A stretch of 63,453 bases of DNA, filler included, from Nemertoderma westbladi (Eukaryota; Animalia; Xenacoelomorpha): the NCBI GenBank assembly GCA_032718475.1. It is 4 parts of 4 records of this genome, joined end to end, with 100 filler letters (N's around TTAATTAATTAA, not from the genome) between each part and the next. Parts side by side here need not be neighbours in the genome. Positions count along the whole stretch, not along the records: positions 1 to 15,949 come from JAUCBJ010008147.1; 3 more parts are not named here. The stretch is one strand, 5' to 3'. Shown piece by piece: positions 1 to 11,325 of this stretch. The position numbers were made by a program, and so were the translations under genes. A model generated the notes under the pieces. That model made no database searches. It was not told the origin of the DNA and saw only the letters and a list, made by a program, of their open reading frames with translations. How positions within the stretch are numbered: the first letter of the stretch is position 1; each line of letters starts with the position of its first letter.

Positions 1-1820
1 TACTAGTATCCAAGGATACATAATAATACAGTGACATTCTGGAAGGCATTGACTAACGGACAAATGGCCCGAATGTGTGTAATTTGTGACAAGTTGTGTG
101 TGTGGTATTTGTGAGTTTATAGGTGAATGTTACTGCTAAGGTGTGTTTACAGTAGCTAGTCGCAATCGTAAAAGTAACCTAACTCTCCAAGGAAAACCTG
201 AAGTACATCTAAGTCTTTGGGACGGACAGTCGAGTGACTTGTGTCGGTTGTCGTTGTCGTTGTGCGGCTACGTCGTTGGCGAAAGTACAGCGGCGACGAC
301 ACATCGGCGCTGAGGATCTCGTACTGTCCGGGGGTTGATTGGGTAGGCAGCGACGCCCGCTCGCCTAAATATAAACTCATTATAATATAGATAAACTCAT
401 ATAGCAGATATGACGGAGTTGATAGAAGATGGTCTTGGTATCGGGGAACGATATATTCTACTTTCAAACGTTTGTCGATAGCTTGATACGCGGTGATACT
501 AGTCCAACTACTACGAAGGATGATGGTCGTTATATCGAACCGCCAATGTCCCAAGAGCAGCTCACGCGTGAGTTGGACTATAAGAAATTCACCGCTCGAT
601 ATACGCAGCGTAATGGTACGTATATGGGCTTCTTAACTACTGGTCATTCTATCAATTTACACAATACGGACTACGTCGACTATATATCCTGCCCAGCGGA
701 GTCGGAACCATAAACTGAAATTCGAATGCGAAAATTCTATTCGAAATCAGCTCGAAAGAAAAGACATTAAAGAAACAAATAAACGCGGTAACTCCAACAT
801 ATATTTGGAATTCTTGATAGAAGCATTGTAACAACAAATAAATATCATCCGCGTTTCCCCTACCAGACGTGCGTCTTTGGTATTATTACGGTAAATGCCC
901 TAGACCCAGCCAATAAACGGAAAGACATAAACATCCACGGAAACGTTGTGTTAAACACAGTTGTGTTCGTTATATTTACTGGAGTTTCGAGCGAAACTTG
1001 TTTGACGTATCACCTATGCTCACTCGGCTCGAACGATCCTAGAGTAAACCTACGATCAGAGTCCCGGAATACTCGGTCAAACCTCCTCATTCCTTAGTTG
1101 GACCTCAGACCTGCGATCCTGGTGGTGTCGCGGATCCTCGCGGACGGTATTCACTGTTCAAGATCTAGTGCTACCCTAACAATTAATCGGTAACACTCCG
1201 ACAGTGATTTCTAGCTAGCTAGCCGCCCATCTTACCTAGCTGGATTATGACGCAGACACCTAATATCACTATCCAACCGTATGGTCGTCCCGTTTAACGC
1301 GATACAACCCTTCATCAAGGTGAAGGAGAGCGTTGTACGAAACGAGTTAAACGCTATTCTATAAAGATCAAAAAAGAAACCTGCGTTTGTTCAAATAAAC
1401 GTAAGTTATAACAGTAAGTCCAATCGATAAACGAATTGGCCTTATCTTAGTTTGATTGGGAAACCTCGAATCTCAAAGAAGATATCAAGCTTAGAAAACC
1501 CTATTCTCTGCGAGAGTTTTGGACGAACGTATCCCATGACAAGCGGAGGAAAATCAGCTCGAGGAGAAGCATATCGAAATGGACGAGACACCGACCGTAA
1601 ACCCAAACCTTTTAATGCAATCATATTGCACCCTTCACCCAGGAGTTATGGCCCTCCTAGTAAAGTGGCTCCCCCCAAAGAGAAAAGGACTCTTGCTAGC
1701 CTCAAAAAACTGCGTAAACGCCGTCTGCGTAAGAAAGGCTAACTGTTTAGAGTATCTTTATATTTTAGAAACTGTGATTTGTTATATTTTATAGACTTAA
1801 ATCCCATTTTCTGGGAGCGG

Positions 1821-3060
1821 TGTAAAAGCTTTTGCGTAATTAGCCGGTTATTTTCCCTTAAAGTACTCTGTAGTTGGTTTGCCAGGCATAAAAGGGCCGT
1901 GTCCTTGCTGTACTGGTGTTTTAGAGGACATAAAAGTCATTTCTTATGTATTTTTACTGTATTTGTACTTTAGAGGACATAATCCACAATCTCGTGACGC
2001 AATAGCTGGATACTTTGAAAACAGTGTCGCTACCATGACGACGGCTAGCAGCTGATATTGCCACGTCGACGTTTCTTTGTTTCTTTGTTCTCTCGTTGTT
2101 CAGGTTGACCAATCAGAGCGTTTGTTGTCTCTGTGTTGGAGGTATATACAGAAACTCAGTAGTTCAGTGTTATGTTTTTTGCCCAGAGCCTAAGAACCGG
2201 CTTTGGCACCTCCGTGTTTTCAGTTTTTAGTCTTACACTAGTAGGTTTAATTATAAGGGCATATATCCTTTAATTGACATACCGATCAAACTCATGGAAT
2301 CACTGATCTGGGAATACACTGACTGCTGACACACGGCTTTTAATAACTGCTGAAACTGCTAAAATTACCTGCTCAATCGATACTGTGTACTGCTATTTGT
2401 TGTCGGTTATTCATTATATTGGTTGATGAATTATTATATTGGAATAACGAGAAATAACCCCGAAAACCCAATATTCTTGATATACCGAAGGTAAGAGAGA
2501 AAGGTTACCAATAACGATTGTGACTTATGTTAAAGTGGTTTGAAGTGAATCTAATGTTATTTGATAGACCCTACATGAGTCAGTCTGTGTTCCTTTTATA
2601 TGTGACTAAAATCAGTGAAGATTGGCAGATTAATGTGCAGTATTGTGCAGCATTGTGTATGAGTGAGTCTGTTAAAGAAGCAATTCCTAAAGAATGCGCC
2701 ATATATGTGAATTATAATTAAGCCATATCGTTGTGAGTAGTTTAAGTCATAACTCTGTTTATATAGATAAAGCGCCACGTCCTAAAGGAACTGTTAATAT
2801 TCCCCGAAGGTGAATAATATTGTCAGAGATTATATAATACTGTCAGTCAGTCAGTCGAATAATACATTAGGCTTACATAGCAATAAAATTAAACCGTCGA
2901 ACCCAATCTCCCGGGAATATCCAGCGGGTGAATGATCGCGCACAGATTGGTTTCGACTAGTGTAGTGAATCAAATACTTGTCATAGACTAAAGTGATTTA
3001 TTATCTAGAAGACATCCTAATTTGGTGGGTTAAACTGCCAAAGGTCTAAAAGCGCGAACA
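1821..3060 (+). mobile_element. Putative LTR (3' or solo) of an LTR retrotransposon, copy 1
   Basis: Starts TGTAAAAGC after a purine-rich GGGAGCGG and ends GCGCGAACA. Contains CCAAT and a TATA-like/CAGT region at ~2108-2170. About 2150-3060 is homologous to 16050-16959, and the homology stops at the same GCGCGAACA end. Left boundary is uncertain. Confidence 0.5.
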
Positions 3061-3680
3061 ACAGGTTTCCAAATGAGATCAAATATCCCGCCACCACATA
3101 TACTGATATAACTGTATAACAAATTATTAATTTTAAGACAACAAATTCTCATTGGTCTCCATTATTAAAGTCACCCACACTGCCGAACCCGAAGGTATTG
3201 GTTTGTTTTTCAGATAGAGTTTGTTTGTAGGTCATGGTCAGACACAAGCCATAATTAAAGTAGAACCTAATTCTGTAATTGGACCCTAATCCTACCGGTA
3301 AGTCTTGAGTGTCCAATCTAAGCTGCTGATATTTTGTTCTGAGTGTTCTACTATTCCACTTCGGTGGTAAATGAAAACGTACGTACCGGTACCGGCTGAC
3401 CGGTAGTTTGTTTTTATATTTTGTTTGTTATGATTTAAATTATTAGCTAGAGCTACTATCATCCTACTGTCAGAAGGTCAAATATTATATAGAAAATATT
3501 AATATATAGAAAAAAAAACCTTATGATAAAAGCCTTTTTCATATGAAAACAATTGGTCAAACTATCGGTGCCCAAGGTGTACCAATGCCAATCACTACTA
3601 TAAAGCAAAACTCTGCGCATGGAAGTAGCGAATTTCTTACCCACCCTCAGCAAAAAGCCCGAATAAATGATAAACTGGTT

Positions 3681-4430
3681 ATTATTGTCTGTTCGAGAAC
3701 GGAATATACGGCTAGAGAATACCTTCAGCAAATAAATCATGTATAACTAGTTAACAGGGCTGGCAAAGTAGGTTTTTGTAAACCTAGGTTTTCGTCGATT
3801 TTTGTCAAAAACCTAATTTTGAAAAAAGCCTAAAACTAGGTTTTTAGGTTTTTGTTCATAAAAAAGAGCCAAATTGCTTGTTTTTTGAAAATTTCTGATG
3901 ACAAAAATATTTTGGTTTCACGCATGGGCGGGCATGAAACCCTCAGACTAAAAAATAAAGTCTTTTGAGTTTCTGTCTTTAACTGAGCCGACAATAAAAC
4001 CTCACTGCTGGCCCTGGCAGCTGGAATGACTAGGGCTAATTATTTTAATACATTGTAGGCTTTCAGGTATCTACTGAACTACCAGTGCTATATAAAATAT
4101 ACTCGAGGGACTGTAATCTTGAACAATTGCGGCCCCATACAGCCATATAATTTATCTAACCATAAAGAATGAACTGATGAACCAATCTGCCAATCAAGCT
4201 CAGAAAGTCAGGTCAATCTAATCAATCAATATACAAATACACAGCCTGACAGAAATACTACATAAACCTAGCAATAACATTCAAAAACCTAACAAAAACC
4301 TAAAACCTAATTTTTGTTTTGAAAAACCTAAGGTTTTTGCCAGCCCTGCTAGTTAATAGTTATACAAACTAATTTGCTTCATGTATTATACCCGAACTGC
4401 CGAATATTACGTTCTCGAACAGACAATAAT
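3681..4430. mobile_element. Small inverted-repeat MITE split by a hAT insertion
   Basis: ATTATTGTCTGTTCGAGAACG (3681) is the reverse complement of CGTTCTCGAACAGACAATAAT (ends 4430). Confidence 0.65.
3755..4348. mobile_element. Non-autonomous hAT element (MITE)
   Basis: TIRs CAGGGCTGGCAAA / TTTGCCAGCCCTG; perfect 8-bp TSD CTAGTTAA at 3747-3754 and 4349-4356; subterminal AAAACCTA repeats. Confidence 0.9.
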
Positions 4431-4467
4431 TACAGTATATTACATATTACAGTATTATTTAACTCAC

Positions 4468-5015
4468 CTTGAGCGATGAGGAATATTACTATAAACACCT
4501 CGAGTCCCGGAAACAGATGATATGTTTCCAGGTCTAGCTCTTGCATTCGTTATATTATTAGTACCGGTACCGGGACTACCGGTAGCAGAAGAAGTTGTTA
4601 GGTTATCAATATCGATACCGAGTCTACGCAATAAAGTGCGATCTGGTACCATGCCGCTGGTTGCAGATGAGCTCTGCACATCTGTGTTGTATCCTGGCAA
4701 TCTAGTCGAATACGATTGGTTTTTATTGCCATAATCGCGGTATATATCTCCGCTAGTTTGGGGAATCCGGTCTTTATCGCCCACGTTTGTATCAAGAGTT
4801 TGGGATGTCAGCATTGTCTGTAACCACGCAGTGACTTCACTGGCGTTGCAGTTTTTGGTCACATACTCCCCAAGAAAACCGGGGTCGCTACTTAGATAGC
4901 TACACAGAAAGGAGCGCATGAATGCACCGTTCTCTAAACACAAGGAGACAAACGACGCCTTCGAAATTAGGAACGAAGTCTCGATATCTACTGGGAGAAT
5001 GGTACCTTGAACCAT
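4468..5015 (-). CDS. First coding exon of a GAF-type cyclic nucleotide phosphodiesterase (PDE10/PDE5/PDE11-like N-terminus)
   Basis: YLSSDPGFLGEYVTKNCNASEVTAWL resembles the recalled PDE10A N-terminal motif [26 protein letters not shown], followed by a low-complexity S/T linker. The ORF ends at a canonical donor AG|GTGAGT (4467-4462). No downstream exons were recognised in the window. Confidence 0.6.
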
Positions 5016-5319
5016 TGTGCTTTGTTTGTTTGGCAGTTTGGCTTTAGGTAAAACTGTAATACAACTAATATATAGAATAGGCCTAATTCTGTAACAAACT
5101 ACCGGTAACTGGTGACAGGCAGACAGTGGACAGGGTGAGGGTGAAATCCGAGAATCCGGAACCGGCAGTTAATAGTTATACTGCTGTACTGCTTACTGGC
5201 TTAGGCCTACTGACTGGCTGACTGCCACCTGCCAGACTGCAGGACTGGTTACAGTGGGTTAGGCAGTTAGGTTCAAGCATAGGTACCTGTCAGCATAGAG
5301 GTAGAATAAAACGTCTGTC

Positions 5320-5430
5320 ATTATCTGATCTGATCTGATCTGATCTGACAGCATCTGATTCTATAACCAATCAGGAGAAAGAGATATAATATTTACCTAA
5401 CTGTCTGTTAGGTAAATAGCCAATAGCTGA
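5320..5430. promoter_or_regulatory. Candidate promoter elements upstream of the PDE-like exon
   Basis: Two CCAAT motifs (~5367, ~5420) and a short (ATCTG)n run 300-400 bp upstream of the ATG. Confidence 0.25.
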
Positions 5431-5455
5431 ATAGGGGATCACGTTTCAGGTTGCC

Positions 5456-5737
5456 TGTTACGTATCAGTATCATCATTTTAAGTAGCAGTACAGGCATAT
5501 CGGTATGCATCTAATGCACAAAGGCATGTTATTAATTATTATATATTAAAAATGCGATATACAGTAGGATGAAGGATGGTGGGTATGAAAGTTGTGTTAC
5601 GTATCAGTATCATCATTTGAAGTAGCAGTACAGGCATATCGGTATGCATCTAATGCACAAAGGCATGTTATTAATTATTATATATTAAAAATGCGATATA
5701 CAGTAGGATGAAGGATGGTGGGTATGAAAGTTGTGTG
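5456..5737. repeat. Near-perfect tandem duplication, ~139 bp x2
   Basis: TGTTACGTATCAGTATCATC...GAAAGTTGTG occurs at 5456 and 5595. Confidence 0.9.
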
Positions 5738-6474
5738 ATTGTCCCAGCAAGATGGATAGTTTCAGATGTAAACAACTTTCGTAGATTTAGTCTGTTAGTT
5801 GGTGTTGAAACATTAAACTTTTATTAAAAACAATACAGCATTTTGCTGCAATATTTTTTTCGAAAATCTTTCTTGTTAATAGTTATCATTATTAATAGTT
5901 AAAGTTAATTATATTAATTATAATTAATATTATTTATTAAGTACGGTAATGATTCTTATTAATATATTACATTTAAAATATGTATGAAATTTAAGAATTT
6001 TATTAATTTTACTATTTATTAAAGAATATGGGAAGGTGGATGGGAATGTGGGAATTTATAAACACTTATTACCTTCCAATTGAAGGAAAAGAGCAGGTTA
6101 CAGCGGCTGTAATTTCTAACCAAAACAATAAACGACGTTGTTACCTACAAATTGGGAAAGGAGCAGGTTACCGAGACAGGGTTTTCTAACCAAAACAATA
6201 AACGATTTTGTTACCTATACCAATTGAGGGAAAGGAGAATATGTTACCGCGGCGGCTTGTTTACACAGTTACACTCGTCACCTTCTTACTAACCGTCCTA
6301 CTGACTGATCAATAGATCATCCTCCTCAAAAAATAAAGGACATCGCGCACGCGCATAAAACACTTAATAAAGATAAATTTAATAAAAAATATCGACCGAA
6401 AAATGAAATCCTGGTATTCTTCACATGGGCGAAGAATACCAGACTTTCTGCCGTTTTATTTCACTTTGCAGTTA

Positions 6475-6700
6475 CCCCTATGTGAAGAATACCAGGTTTT
6501 CACAAAAAAACACAGGTTACAGAAGGGCTGAATATAACCAAAACAATAAACGAATTAGTATATGTGCAGGTTATAAGACATAAATAAGCTCTATAATACA
6601 CTCAATAAAGATAAATTAAAAAAGAATTAAAATCTTCAAATATAAAATTCCAATAAAAGTCGACCGAAAAGTGAAATCCTGGTATTCTTCACATGGGCGG
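6475..6700. mobile_element. MITE with GAAGAATACCAGG TIRs; adjacent partial copies at ~6350-6445
   Basis: ATGTGAAGAATACCAGG ... CCTGGTATTCTTCACAT inverted pair; a homologous copy lies at ~39425-39665. Confidence 0.7.
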
Positions 6701-6954
6701 TATTCTTTACATGGACCGACACCAAAATTTGGCACCAGCCGCTAAAAACAAATTTAAAATTTGTAGCTTATTTTATTTGAATTCCTTTTAGTTCGTTTCA
6801 GTTAGTGTTTTTAGTTAGTATCGTTAGTTTCAGAGCGGGAAGTATTATATTGACACCCCCCCCCCCCGGGTTTAAGGGGAATACCGGGGAAACTTCACAT
6901 GCTGACATAGGCAGAAAGTCCAGTACCCTGTACTCATACTGTATACAGTATGAC

Positions 6955-9594
6955 AGTACGACCAACGGCCCTCACATCCCGTACTAAGGTGGGGTATCCA
7001 CGACCAACGGCCCTCGCATGCCGTACAAAGGCGGGGTATCCATGACCAATGGCCCTCGCATACCGTACTAAGGTGGGGTATCCACGACCAACGGCCCTCG
7101 CATACCGTACTCAGTGGGGTATCCACGACCAACGGCCCTCACATACCGTACTAAGGTGGGATATCCACGACCAACGGCCCTCGCATACCGTACTCAGTGG
7201 GGTATCCACAACCAACGGCCCTCGCATACCGTACTCCGTGGGGTATCCACGACCAACGGCCCTCACATACCGTACTAAGGTGGGGTATCCGCGACCAACG
7301 GCCCTCGCATACCGTACTCAGTGGGGTATCCACGACCAACAGCCCTCGCATACCGTACTCAGTGGGGTATCCACGACCAACGGCCCTCGCATACCGTACT
7401 CAGTGGGGTATCCACGACCAATGGCCCTCGCATACCGTACTAAGGTGGGGTATCCACGACCAACAGCCCTCGCATACCGTACTCAGTGGGGTATCCACGA
7501 CCAACGGCCCTCACATACCGTACTAAGGTGGGATATCCACGACCAACGGCCCTCGCATACCGTACTCAGTGGGGTATCCACAACCAACGGCCCTCGCATA
7601 CCGTACTCCGTGGGGTATCCACGACCAACGGCCCTCACATACCGTACTAAGGTGGGGTATCCGCGACCAACGGCCCTCGCATACCGTACTCAGTGGGGTA
7701 TCCACGACCAACGGCCCTCGCATACCGTACTCCATGGGGTATCCGCGACCAACGGCCCTCGCATACCGTACTCAGTGGGGTATCCACGACCAACAGCCCT
7801 CACATACTGTACTAAGGTGGGATATCCGCGACCAACGGCCCTCGCATACCGTACTCAGTGGGGTATCCACGACCAACGGCCCTCGCATACCGTACTCCAT
7901 GGGGTATCCGCGACCAACGGCCCTCGCATACCGTACTCAGTGGGGTATCCACGACCAACGGCCCTCGCATACCGTACTCAGTGGGGTATCCACGACCAAC
8001 GGCCCTCGCATACCGTACTCAGTGGGGTATCCACGACCAATGGCCCTCGCATACCGTACTCAGTGGGGTATCCACGACCAATGGCCCTCGCATACCGTAC
8101 TCAGTGGGGTATCCACGACCAACGGCCCTCACATACCGTACTAAGGTGGGGTATCCATGACCAATGGCCCTCGCATACCGTACTCAGTGGGGTATCCACG
8201 ACCAATGGCCCTCGCATACCGTACTCAGTGGGGTATCCACGACCAATGGCCCTCGCATACCGTACTCAGTGGGGTATCCACGACCAACAGCCCTCACATA
8301 CTGTACTAAGGTGGGATATCCGCGACCAACGGCCCTCGCATACCGTACTCAGTGGGGTATCCACGACCAACGGCCCTCGCATACCGTACTCAGTGGGGTA
8401 TCCACGACCAACAGCCCTCACATACTGTACTAAGGTGGGATATCCGCGACCAACGGCCCTCGCATACCGTACTCAGTGGGGTATCCACGACCAACGGCCC
8501 TCGCATACCGTACTCCATGGGGTATCCGCGACCAACGGCCCTCACATACCGTACTAAGGTGGGGTGGGGTATCCATGACCAATGGCCCTCGCATACCGTA
8601 CTCAGTGGGGTATCCACGACCAATGGCCCTCGCATACCGTACTCAGTGGGGTATCCACGACCAATGGCCCTCGCATACCGTACTCAGTGGGGTATCCACG
8701 ACCAATGGCCCTCGCATACCGTACTCAGTGGGGTATCCACGACCAACAGCCCTCACATACCGTACTAAGGTGGGATATCCGCGACCAACGGCCCTCGCAT
8801 ACCGTACTCAGTGGGGTATCCACGACCAACGGCCCTCGCATACCGTACTCAGTGGGGTATCCACGACCAATGGCCCTCGCATACCGTACTCAGTGGGGTA
8901 TCCACGACCAACGGCCCTCACATACCGTACTAAGGTGGGGTATCCATGACCAATGGCCCTCGCATACCGTACTCAGTGGGGTATCCACGACCAACGGCCC
9001 TCGCATACCGTACTAAGGTGGGGTATCCATGACCAATGGCCCTCGCATACCGTACTCAGTGGGGTATCCACGACCAACGGCCCTCGCATACCGTACTAAG
9101 GTGGGGTATCCACGACCAACGGAACCTCGAATACCGTACTCAGTGGGGTATCCACGACCAACGGCCCTCGCATACCATACTAAGGTGGGGTATCCACGAC
9201 CAACGGCCCTCGCATACCATACTAAGGTGGGGTATCCGCGACCAACGGCCCTCGCATACCGTACTCAGTGGAGTATCCACGACCAACGGCCCTCGCATAC
9301 CGTACTCAGTGGAGTATCCACGACCAACGGCCCTCGCATACCGTACTCAGTGGAGTATCCACGACCAACGGCCCTCGCATACCGTACTCAGTGGGGTATC
9401 CATGACCAACGGCCCTCGCATACCGTACACAGTGGGGTATCCACGACCAACGGCCCTCGCATACCGTACTAAGGTGGGGTATCCGCGACCAACGGCCCTC
9501 GCATACCGTACTAAGGTGGAGTATCCACGACCAACGGCCCTCGCATACCGTACTCCGTGGGGTATCCGCGACCAACGGCCCTCGCATACCGTAC
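6955..9594. repeat. GC-rich minisatellite, 41-42 bp unit, ~63 copies
   Basis: Unit GGGGTATCCACGACCAACGGCCCTCGCATACCGTACTCAGT with a TAAGGT variant; no unique spacers. Confidence 0.97.
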
Positions 9595-9596
9595 TT

Positions 9597-10800
9597 CAGA
9601 TTCTTCTTCAGATTATCAGAAGACAAGTGTTCTTTAATTCGACATATTTTCCTGTTCCTGACGTGGAAGTTAATAGATGCTGTGAGAGTTTTAATACAGT
9701 AGTCGCAGCCGAGTACCAATGTCTCCCGTCCCACCTCGTCTTTCGTCCCAAGCGATCTCCGCGGTCTGTGGAGTCGCTGGTAGGCGAACTTCTCCACGTT
9801 GGTGTCTCTATCTACGTCGATCTCTCCGCCCCTCTCGGGCATCGTCTCCCCGAATACTATCCGTGGTGCCGTCCCCGGTTGCTCGCCCAACCTGATAGTG
9901 CTCCCCGCGAAATCCATCGCCGGCTCCTCGTGCACCCAGGTCCGCTTTCCGGATCTGTTCCTGAAGGCCCTCGCCCCACTGGCCGTCACCACCCTTCCGC
10001 CAACCCAGTCCGTGTCCGAGTGGCCTATCCTCTCGATGGGCGGCATCTCTCCGAACTCGTCGTCGTCGTCCTCCTCCTCTGGCAGTGACTCCTACCCCGG
10101 TATCCCGATGGATCCACTATGTCCCTTCCCGCCTTGGCTCTCGCCCGTAGCTCTCCATCCCTCTAACTCCCTTAACTTCCTTGGCGGTTGGTCGCCTTCG
10201 GCGCCCGCTGGTATGGGCATCGTTTGCAACCCCGACGTCGACTGTTTCGGTGACCCCACCGTCCATCCCAGTTCTCGCCCTAGAGACTCCCCCGAACTCC
10301 CTGATGAAGTCCAATGAAGTTCGTCTAGGCCTGCCTGTTCCTCGAAGCCGTAACTCTGTGTCCTGGCCTCCTCTTCCCTCTCCTCTGCTTCTATCCTCTC
10401 CCGTCTGGCGACTTCCTCTAGTCGCTTTGCTTCTCGTCCATCCGTTTCTAGCTGCTCCATCTCTGATACGGCGTATCTGTCTCCCCGTCTACCAGATGCC
10501 GGCTGTTGTAGTACACCGACTCGCCCTTCAGCCCCGGGTGGTCTACCAGACCGTCGAAGGCCACTTTAAAGGCTCTCCTGTAGCTTAGGGGTGATCCCGA
10601 TAACAGAAATGCCCCTGGTTCCCTCTCGATAACCACGGTCATGAATAAGTTAAGCAAACTTATCATCATCCAGTCCTCCTGCAGGATATATCGCTTCTGA
10701 TATACCTTTATCGCTCCCCTGCGGAATTGATATACCTCCTGCTTTCCCGGTCTCGCTCCCCACTTTAGCGAGTTCGCTAGTTCTGCATGTGTGTCTCCAT
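9597..10800 (-). pseudogene. GC-rich decayed coding region, probably a retroelement ORF1/gag remnant
   Basis: Broken minus-strand ORFs with an E/R-rich coiled-coil (10092-10460). TGGAGAC PBS-like sequence at ~10800 next to a possible LTR (~10800-11157). No diagnostic domain recognised. Confidence 0.35.
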
Positions 10801-11325
10801 ATTATTAGCTCGTGTATATTACGGGGTATATGTCCAGCTTACGTTTTAAAGTGAAAAAAATAAGGATTGATCTATTATTAGGCTCTGATTTTAGACATAT
10901 TTTTATTATTCAACCACAATTACGAATAAGAATGGTGCAAGTATGTCACCCTGAAGGACTCCCCTTAACAATTGGAATGGTTTTGTATCAGCATCAGCAG
11001 TAGACACCTATCAAACCGAAGCAACGTATAGTGCTAAACTACTCTCTACTCTTCCTGCTACGCAATTATTACATCAGATAGGAACATTAATAACGAACCT
11101 CAAGCAAAATAAACACTCCAGTTTTTTATTTGAATCTCTAACTTACCCCCTACACACCTTTTTAATCGCAGCAGAAGTTATTAGGTTATATTCGTCGTCT
11201 GTATTATTATCATTATTGTTGAACAAACTACATAAACATAACGACTCAAATATCCAAGAAGTATTTAGTAAAAAATACACCACAATTAATAATTAAAAGG
11301 TTCCTTTATTAATTAATGTCGTCCA

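Noticed and set aside
3026-3060. Twister ribozyme similarity (TAAACTGCCAAAGGTC..AAGC)
   Set aside because: The required downstream pairing strands are absent and homology between copies ends here; kept only as part of the unclassified structure finding.
6955-9594. CRISPR-like appearance and long ORFs (502 aa etc.)
   Set aside because: Units are contiguous with no unique spacers, there are no cas genes, and the context is eukaryotic. The ORFs are by-products of a stop-poor repeat.
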